DNA of 63,151 bases, the filler included, from Reclinomonas americana ATCC 50394 (taxonomy: Eukaryota), in NCBI GenBank assembly GCA_048213135.1. It is 4 parts of 2 records of this genome, joined end to end, with 100 filler letters (N's around TTAATTAATTAA, not from the genome) between each part and the next. Parts side by side here need not be neighbours in the genome. Positions count along the whole stretch, not along the records: positions 31,462 to 56,397 come from PS015103.1; positions 56,498 to 63,151 come from PS015104.1; 2 more parts are not named here. One strand, given 5' to 3'. Of this stretch, positions 54,351 to 63,151 are shown piece by piece. A model generated the notes under the pieces. It searched no databases. It was not told where the DNA came from and saw only the letters and a program-made list of their open reading frames with translations. How positions within the stretch are numbered: the stretch's first letter is position 1; each line of letters starts with the position of its first letter. The translations under genes and the position numbers were made by a program.

Positions 54351-56356
54351 ACAGCAACAGCAACAACAACAACAAGAACACCAAAATGCCGATGCGCCGC
54401 ACAAGGTGGACGACAGCCTCGCCGCCCTGGACAACGCGGTGGATCGCATGGACGAATGGCGACAGCGTGAACGAGATCGAGCGCAGCGCTTGGAGGCGGA
54501 TCTGGAAGTCGTGCAGCGTCACTTTAGCCAGCGCGGTACGTGGATGGAGGCGCAATGGTGTTGAAAGGACAATCGCTCCAACTCATCCTGCCGTCTCTCC
54601 TCAGTATCTCTCTCGGCCTTTTCGTGGGATCAAGTGGTGCAGATGAGCAACAATTTTGCGCAGCACCTCGGTGGCGGTGGACAGGCGCGAGTCTTCAAGG
54701 GACACTGGGCCGGGCAAGATGTGGCGGTCAAGGTGTTTGACAGTGCGCTTCCGTGGTGCATCGAGTCGTTCTCCAATGAGGTGAGGCAGCAGCAGCAGAG
54801 AGCTGAGAGGAAACAATGTGGTGACGATTGGTTTCTCTCGTGTGCAGCTGGAGAAGCTCAAGGGCGTCAGTGTGGCTGGAGTTGTGCCACTGATTGGATT
54901 TGCCGAGTGTGCTGATGGCAAGCGATGTGTGGTACTGGAGGCGATGAGGTGCGTGGGAGGGAGAAGAGGAAGGAGAGAGAAGTGAGTTTCGACTTCACAA
55001 GGCGCACTTTTATGTTTTCCTGTCGTCTCGCCCATTGCGAGGGATTATGGAAAACGGAGAGATGCACTGCTCACGACCCGTTTCCCGAATGCTTAGTGAT
55101 CACAATCTGGAGCATCGGCTGTTGGAGTGGGAGAAGTACGGCTTGCCGGTCATGACGATCGAAGCGCGCATGTCGTGCATGCTGCGGTGTGCCGAGGCAG
55201 TGGCAGAGCTACACAAGTTGCACTGTGCTTGGAAAACTAGTCTTTTGCTGGTACCCGTCGACTAATCATTCTCTTGCTATGTGCGACAAATGCTTCTTCC
55301 AGTTTGGTGAGTGAGTGAGGGAGGGAGAGCGTGTGTATGTGTGCCTATTCTCTGTTTTTCCTANNNNNNNNNNNNNNNNNNNNNNNNNNNNNNNNNNNNN
55401 NNNNNNNNNNNNNNNNNNNNNNNNNNNNNNNNNNNNNNNNNNNNNNNNNNNNNNNNNNNNNNNNNNNNNNNNNNNNNNNNNNNNNNNNNNNNNNNNNNNN
55501 NNNNNNNNNNNNNNNNNNNNNNNNNNNNNNNNNNNNNNNNNNNNNNNNNNNNNNNNNNNNNNNNNNNNNNNNNNNNNNNNNNNNNNNNNNNNNNNNNNNN
55601 NNNNNNNNNNNNNNNNNNNNNNNNNNNNNNNNNNNNNNNNNNNNNNNNNNNNNNNNNNNNNNNNNNNNNNNNNNNNNNNNNNNNNNNNNNNNNNNNNNNN
55701 NNNNNNNNNNNNNNNNNNNNNNNNNNNNNNNNNNNNNNNNNNNNNNTCCTTTGTTGCTCACTGTTGCCAATTTTGCTGTGGCGTACTCGCTGTGCAGAAT
55801 GGTACGAAGACAACTGCATCGTGTCCATTCCTCTTCGTCTGCCAGTTGCTGACCTATTTTCCCTGCTGTTTCCAACAACAGTGATCCATCGCGACCTGAA
55901 GCCAGCCAACATTCTCTTCAACCACAGTGGAATGGCGTACATCTCGGACCTGGGGGTGGCGCACTGGTTCCGCACCGAGGGGGTGAGTGTCTCCTCTCAT
56001 TGCATGTCATTGTCTCCTTTTTCCCCCCTCACTCTTTCCCTTCCCTTCCTCTCGGCGTAGACACACGTGGCTGTTCACTTTGCTGGCGACCCAAAGTACG
56101 CCGACCCCAAGGCCATGCACGGCCAGCTGCGACCGAGTTCCGACGTGTTCTCTCTTGGTCTCGTCCTTCTGCAAGTATTCAGCGGCCTGCCGATCGAGGA
56201 GCTCCACCGGCGATTGGACGTGCTGGAGGAATTGGTGGAGAGCGACGAAGGTGACGAAGCCATGCTCGATGCAGCTGCTGCCGAGTTGGCCGACACGCGC
56301 GCCAACCACCTGTGGCCCGCTGATGTGTGCGGACGGATTGTGAGGCTTGCGCTTCG
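53267..56356 (+). CDS. TPR - polyQ/coiled coil - RLK/Pelle-like kinase, copy 3 (3' end, presumably RING, lost at the linker)
   Basis: Shorter intronless TPR block and polyQ at ~54317-54375. The kinase has HLGGGGQARVF, VAVK, HRDLKPANIL, DLG and GDPKYADP, with the same intron positions as copies 1 and 2. Microexons TTTG (55303-55306) and AATG (55798-55801). Confidence 0.85.
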
Positions 56357-56441
56357 GTTGGTTATTTCGATTCGCTCATCCTGTGTGCGGATTGCGGNNN
56401 NNNNNNNNNNNNNNNNNNNNNNNNNNNNNNNNNNNNNNNNN

Positions 56442-56453
56442 TTAATTAATTAA
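56442..56453. other. Artificial assembly linker TTAATTAATTAA
   Basis: 12-mer inside an N run. Genes on both sides are truncated here. Confidence 0.95.
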
Positions 56454-56497
56454 NNNNNNNNNNNNNNNNNNNNNNNNNNNNNNNNNNNNNNNNNNNN

Positions 56498-56570
<73 letters not shown>

Positions 56571-56595
56571 AGCACATCAACACAGAGACGCTCAC

Positions 56596-57822
56596 CTGCG
56601 GAGTTGCGATTCGAGTATGGGTCCATGTAGATGGCACCAATGGTCACAAAAATCATCAGGAAAATGGCCACGAAACGGAAAATGGCCATGGCAATCTGCA
56701 AAGAAGCGAATGAGAGGGCGCGCGATCAACACACACTGCGCCCTGAGACACACAAACAGACCTGCACGATTTTCTGCTCGTGCAACTCCATGCACGTGAG
56801 CGGCACGACCACAAGGCCGAAAATCGCCACGTACACCAGATAGTGACCGAGACACGGCCACGACGAGTCCGTGTACACATCGCACGTGGACCACGTCTCT
56901 CCGTTGATGGAGATGGGGAAAGGAATATTGGCCGTCACCGACTGACCAAACACGGCGGCGTAGGACCACAACGCGCCGTACATGTACAACGAGATGCACA
57001 CCTCGTACATGATCTTGCCCCACTGGCCGAGGAAGAGCAGGCAGAGCGAGTTCATCTCGATTCTGGGTGCGATAGTGAGGCACCAAGACGAGCAGATGCT
57101 CAAGTGACAACGAAACTTTCTCGCCAGGTCATACTGCGGTGACCCGACAGCCGCCTCGCCACCATCCTTGCCACTTCTGGCCACCATAGGTTCTCTGCTT
57201 TTAACGGGGGGGCAGAGCAAGAAACGCTTCAATCACTGCACGCAGTGAAGAAGAGGGCGGAGGATGGACAGAGACTAACCCACTATCCAAGTCCACATGC
57301 AGCATGGCATTGGCTCGTGTCAGAGACTCCAAAATCCACTGGGTGGTGATGTAGGCAATCACGCTGACGGCCACCATGAAGAATGGACCAGAGAGGAGAC
57401 CTCCTTCCTGCATGCACACACACACACACGCACGCACGCACGCACACACACACACACAGTCAGAGAGAGAGACACAGCGACAGCACGAATGCAATACATC
57501 ACACCTGGAATGCATGCGGCACACCGAGAATGCCAACTCCACTGCCACGCGTAGTAAGCACATACTCTCTCACACACACGTGCGCACTCACACATCAACG
57601 CAACAGAATGTAGTTGAGAATGAAACAGTAGCCAGTGAAGCTCCCGTACAAGCCACCGACCTGCACACAACACTCAGTCAGCACACTCACTCTCACTCCA
57701 CACGCACTCTCTTATGTTCTCTCAACTGGAACAGTGGCTTCCGTGGGCGCTGTGCGAGACCGTGGTGAGTCGCTGACACCACCAGCGGTGCTCGAGAGCA
57801 AGCGTGAGCGCTCGTCGAGCAT
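56596..57822 (-). CDS. TMEM104-like amino-acid/auxin permease (Aa_trans) transporter, 3' partial
   Basis: Spliced YGSFTGYCFILNYILGVGILGVPHAFQEGGLL, WILESLTRANA, IEMNSLCLLFLGQWGKIMYEVCISLYMYGALWSYAAVF and VPLTCMELHEQKIVQIAMAIFRF, with multiple TM helices. Confidence 0.8.
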
Positions 57823-57911
57823 TTTATGTTCAAGTCCTGCAGCTGTCTGAGCGTCGACGTCTTCGATATCGGAGAAGCAACCAGGCAGCCAATGTTGATG
57901 CTGAAGTTTAC

Positions 57912-60900
57912 TCATATCTTCAACCCCGACGTGCAGTCGCCGCTCGTGGCACATGCGGTCATTGTGGATGTCGCCACCACGCCACTCTTCGGCACACACT
58001 GCTGTGTCGACGCCGTAAATGTCCACGAGCCGCAGGCGGTCAACTGCGAGCACCACAGCGAGCATGCTTGTGGCCCAGTTGTTGTCTTAATGGCCCACGT
58101 GAGATCGCCACCAGGTCGATCTGCACACAATGTCAGTCACAGATCTCTCCCTCACGTCTCCCCTCTGCGAAAACTCACCCGTGCTGGTCTGGAACCCACT
58201 GCTGTCATACGCCGCCGCACTCGTCTTGCGTCCCGACACCAAGCAGAAATGCGAGCCGCACACGTTGCTGGTCTCTGCATTGGCGGCTACAGCCGGCACG
58301 GTGCTCTGCGTGCAACAGTAGTGAGCTAGTCGATTCCTCACAAGTTCCTGCTTATTACCGATCACGTGCCTTCAGCGTGCACACACTCACTCCATACGTA
58401 TTCGATGCCGCAGCAGCATCCAGGAACGTCCACGATCGACACAGTGAGGACTGGTCACATAATTCACAACACCCGACCTCGCTGGCAACAGAAGGCATCA
58501 CAGCCAGGATCGCGCCGCCAGGTCGATCCACAGCCTCGAACTGGCACACTTCCAACGCCGCTGCTCGATGTGACGGAGATTGAGACGCCGATGGCCGACA
58601 ACGGTGCACAGTGCGGAATCTCAACGCAACGAGCCACAATTCCATTCTGTACTGTTGCACAACCAGTATTCGTTGCTGTACACGCACAGCAATCACCGTC
58701 AGCATCGCCCATCTCTCTAACTGACGCCCACAGCTGCGCAGAACGTGCGAGCCTAACGAGGAAATGAACATGACTGAGTGAAAGACACAGCGCCCGACCA
58801 CTTTCTCTTCCGTGGAGAGCGAGAGATACCCCCAACAGGCCGTGCGTATCCCTCTGCTCAATAAATGCACACTCCACCATTCGACGCACGCGCACACACT
58901 TCTCCACCCCTGACATCTCTGCGCTACAATCTTCACTCATTAACGTCGACACTGCGGCACGCTCGCACGCGAGGCGCAAGAAGAATAACCAACCATCACC
59001 TACAACTTCCCTTCTACTCTTTCCTTCCTTTCCGTTTCCCTCCCTTCCCCACCCACGTCACCAAGTCTATGGGACGTGGACTTGCATATGGAGCACAAAA
59101 CGCCAAACTACCCCTCTCCTCTTCCCCCCTTCTCCCCTCCCCTCTCCCTTTCCCATCACGCACCATAGACGATCGTGAACTGCTTGGTGTACGTCAGCGC
59201 GCCATCGCTCACTTGCACAAACACTTGCAGTCGCCGACTCAATGGCGGAGCCACCGAGATTGTCAGTTGATTGCCGCCAACCAGACTGAACAGAGCCGCA
59301 TGCACACCGCCGACAATGCTGAATGTCGGCGTCTGTCCCGTGTTGAGATCCACCATGCTCAGAGTGCCCACCGCGAATGGCACTGTTGCACTCGAGTACG
59401 TCTGCGCACCCGACAGGAGAATGTCGCTCGGCGCCACATTTCCTGCACACCTCACTCGTTTAGCCAACAAGACACACACAAGCCCCATACGTCTATGCAG
59501 TCTCTCCTCCCTCACCAATGGCGAATGCGGAGAGCGCCACATACGAGCTGGTCGAAGTCCATCGCGTGCACAACTCGTAGGTGCCAACAGCTGCACCTGC
59601 CGCCCCAATCGTCAGCGTGATGCTGTTCGAGTTGCCGAATGCACTGCTGATGCTGGTGCTCGCCACGGCCGTCGGAGGTGTCGTGGCGGCACAAAGCGGA
59701 GTGGCAAGCACATACGCCGATGCGTCGGCCGAGTTGTTCAGCAACCCGTATCCCGTCACCGTCACCAGCTGGCCCGCCAGTGCCGACACGAATGTGGTCG
59801 ACAGCGATGTCACAGTGAGAACTGCAGCACATTTTTTGCGACAAATCAGCATCATCTGTGCTCGACACTAATGCAAACGCCCATTCAACCAGTACTCACC
59901 CGCCGTCACACTGAACGTCTTGTCGACAAACATGGACGGTGTACCATTGTCGAACGAGCGAACCGTGACAACAAGTGGACTGGCCGACTGGCCCGCCGAG
60001 GTGATCTGCAGCTGCGCGCCCGCGCTCACCAAAAACGCACTGCCGTTCGCTCCACCGCTGACCGCATACGTGAATGATTGACTACCATCATTGTCGATGG
60101 TGCTCATCGTACACAGTGGCACGTTGGCTGTCGACGGCGCGACGTAGGTGGTTGTACCGGTGCAGGTGAGATCAGTCGGCACGGAGTTGGAGGTGGTGAA
60201 TGACATTGTGGAGCCGGTGAGGGTGCTGGGCACGGTGGAGGTGGAGAGGGCACGAAAGTAGTACGTCGAGTTGGCGGCGAGTGACGTGAGTGACGCGGTG
60301 AGAGCCGTGCTGGAGGCGACGCCTGAAGAAGCTGGAGTGGCCGAGACGGTGGTGGAGCCGATGGTGAGTCGGCGGATGGTGAGACCATTGTAATCTTTGG
60401 TGCAAGATATTGAGCAGGAAGACAAGGGATGACGAAGGTTCAATCTCTTCTTTGATCACGCACCCGCAATATTCAGAGTAGATGATGCGACGTCGTACGC
60501 CATTAACACCTGGACTGACACAATGAGAGACGAATCAGATTAGTCGTCACAAGCACCAGACGAACGAACCGGGCCATTGAATCGAGCACTTGTCACCGGG
60601 CTTCCGTCGGTTGCTCCTGTGGCTCCCGCAGCGCCGGCGATGCTTGTAACGACACCGGTACCAATGACGATTTGGCGAATGGTGGAGTTGGTAAACTTCA
60701 AAAGCCACGTCAATAAATAATGCGAGAAAATACTTCACGCGCACTGCATAACAACCAGACGCAACATCAGCAACGTAAAGAACGCCACGCGCTCGATCAA
60801 GCTGGATGCCAATTGGCGTATTGAATCGAGCCGCAGTGCCTGTGGCATCAGTCGACCCTGTTACGGCGGTGAGGGAGCCGGCCAGAGTTGAAACAGTCAT

Positions 60901-62915
60901 CGCCAGCATGTCGATGACACGAATGTTGTGACGGCTGCGATCGGCTGCTCACACCCAGACGAGTAAGCGCACATCTTGTGTCACAAAGCCTCTCTCCCGC
61001 GCACACACGCACGCAAACACACGCACCGACATACAGCCGATTGCCTGTCGTGTCCAATGCCACACCATTCGGTGCACCAAACCGTGCTGTTGGTACGCAC
61101 GCTCCGTCAACTGCACCCGACGACCCAATCGTACCGCAGAAGGTGGTGACCTCGCCGCCGTATGTGACCTGCGAGATCAGGTCTGAGCGTCGTGTGCACT
61201 TGAACAAAAAACAGAAGGCACAGATACTCGCTCGCTCGCACCTTCCTGACAGCATTGTTATTCCAGTCGCCAACGAACATGACTTTGTTCGCCGAGTCAA
61301 CAACGATGCCGTGCGGAGCGTTAAACCTCGCGCTCGATCCGGTGCCATTTGCAGTGCCGACAGACCCGTTGCCAGCCAGAGTTGATACAGAGCCCGAAGG
61401 AGTGCTCACACGGACTGCGTGATTTCCCTACAGTGCATCGCGGGATGAGAGATCGGCCGTGCACAAAAGTCAGCTGCTACATGGCATATGTGTACGCAAC
61501 ACCAACAATGTACAGATATCCAGTGGTCAGGTCGATCGAAATGTCGGTTGGAGAGGTAAATCGCGCAGCAGCGCCGATCCCGTCCACAAAACCAGATACT
61601 CCTGCTGTTCCCAGAAATGTCGAGGTCACACCTCCGCTCGTCACTCGTCGAATCGTGTGATTGAACTGATCGCAGACGAATGCCGTGCCCGATGCGTCGA
61701 TTGCAACACTCTGCCAATCACCTCGATCATGAGAGATACGGCTAGTGATTTGTGGGACGAATTACGCACAACTGGTCTGTTGAAACGAGCAGCAGTCCCC
61801 GTGCCATCCGTCGAGCCAGACATACCCGCCGTGCCCAACCACGTTGACACAGCTGGCGTGACACCAAATGCAGCCACCGAAGGCGCCCACTCGAACGAGT
61901 TGCTCATTGTCGACGCGGCCACAGAGTTGCCCACCACCGCATTCAATGTCGCCATCGACGTCGTCACACTGCTGGCCGCCAGCGTGGCCAGCGACTGGGC
62001 GACTATGGCACAACAAAGAGGAAGCATTCAGCAGCAGGAACACATCAAGGACGACGAGTAGAAGAAGTAAAAGAGGAAGAATGAGAAGAGAAAGATGAAG
62101 GAGGAGGAAGACGACAAGAATATGAACATACACCGATCAAGAATTTGGTGGTGGAGATGGTGGAGGAGAAGAAAAAAGAAGAAGAAGAGGAAGATGATGA
62201 ACAAGTGCAAAAAAACAGAAAGGGAGAGACGTGGCACCACATCAGGCTGACCTGTGGTGATGGTGAACGCCTTGTCGAAGAACAGCGGCGGCGTTCCATT
62301 GTCTGTCGACCGGATCGTCACCGCCAGCGGGCTGCCCGCCTGCCCCGCCGCCACAATCACCAATGACTGTCCGCTGATCGAAAACACTGCACTGTTCGCG
62401 CCGCCGACTATCGAGTACGTGAACGACTGACCCGCATTCGCGTCCGTTGTCTGCAGCCCGCACACGACTTGATTCGCCACCGACGGCGACACATACGTCG
62501 TCGACGAGCAGCTAATGTCGGTCGGAGCCACATTGGTGGTGGTGGTGAAGGAGACGGTTGCGCCATTGATGGTGCTGGGCGCGGAGGTGACACCGACAGC
62601 GCGATAGAAGTACGTCCAGTTGCTCACCAATCCAGTCAGTGAGGCGGTGATGGAGGTGGCAAGGGAGCCAGTGGCAGAAGCGGGTGTGGCCGACACCGAT
62701 TGCGACGCAAGTGAGAGGCGACGGATGGTGTGCGCACCAAAGTCGGCTGCCAGCACCGACGCCGTCGATGCATCGAATGCGAGTTGATTGATCGAGTTGA
62801 AGCGTGCCGTGGTCAGAGCGCTACCATTGGCCGATCCGCTCACGCCCGCCGCGCCGCCAATGGTGCTCATTGACGAGTCGGACACTCGGAGTTGCCGCAC
62901 GGTATTATTGGCATT
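57912..62915 (-). CDS. Second giant NHL/FN3-like/cadherin-like protein ending in two PAN/apple domains, no TM anchor seen; 5' partial
   Basis: NHL blades (GSTDATGTAARFNTPIGIQLD..LYVAD-FTNSTIR), FN3-like halves (ASLTGLVSNWTYFYRA), three cadherin-like domains (NVAPTDI...TTDANAGQSFTYSIVGG) and an IPT-like domain. PAN domains: DRPGG...CCELCDQSSLCRSWTF...CTLKS and DRPGGDL...CSLWCSQLTACGSWTF...CVPKS. Stop at 57912-57914. Confidence 0.75.
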
Positions 62916-62960
62916 CTACGGATAATCCGCACGCAGTAAGTACTGAAAGCGAAACACGGC

Positions 62961-63010
<50 letters not shown>

Positions 63011-63151
63011 GAGAGACACACAACAGTACGTAAGTAGTAGTAGTAGTACGTTCGTTCCGTACGACTATACGTACGTCGACGTAACGTACCGTAAGTTAGG
63101 TAGTTGTTAGGAACGGACGGCGACGTCCGTTCCGTCGGTACGGACCGAAGG

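Noticed and set aside
59062-59066. Possible 5-nt microexon (catag|ACTTG|gtgacg) in the second NHL gene
   Set aside because: The flanking exons already join in frame (G|TG TCG ACG) without it, and the donor is weak.

Overview
Intron-rich, GC-rich eukaryotic (protist-like) genomic DNA from a gapped draft assembly, with N-gaps, three artificial TTAATTAATTAA linkers, long (GA)n/(CT)n microsatellites and (GTAC)n read noise. It is not prokaryotic, so the ORF track mostly shows exon fragments. I rebuilt the gene models by hand. There are 13 genes: an ATRIP-like protein, a TSET/TPLATE medium subunit (TCUP/TML-like), a KANSL3/TEX30-type hydrolase, an ankyrin-repeat protein, a TOM1/GPR137-like 7TM protein, three TPR-coiled-coil-RLK/Pelle kinase(-RING) paralogues, a secreted CotH kinase, two giant NHL/FN3-like/cadherin-like surface proteins, eIF4A (split across two orientations at a gap) and a TMEM104-like transporter. 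The strongest unexpected signal is in splicing. (1) About 42 frame-required introns, roughly a quarter to a third of those I rebuilt, start with a +1-shifted donor (GTTGCG, GTTGAG, GTTACG or GTTTCG). Every one follows an exon ending in A, C or T, and donor class changes with the exon-terminal base at homologous introns. (2) All three kinase paralogues build the residues just before HRD from two consecutive 4-nt microexons. Gene models and family calls come from manual reading and motif recall, with no RNA-seq or database search.
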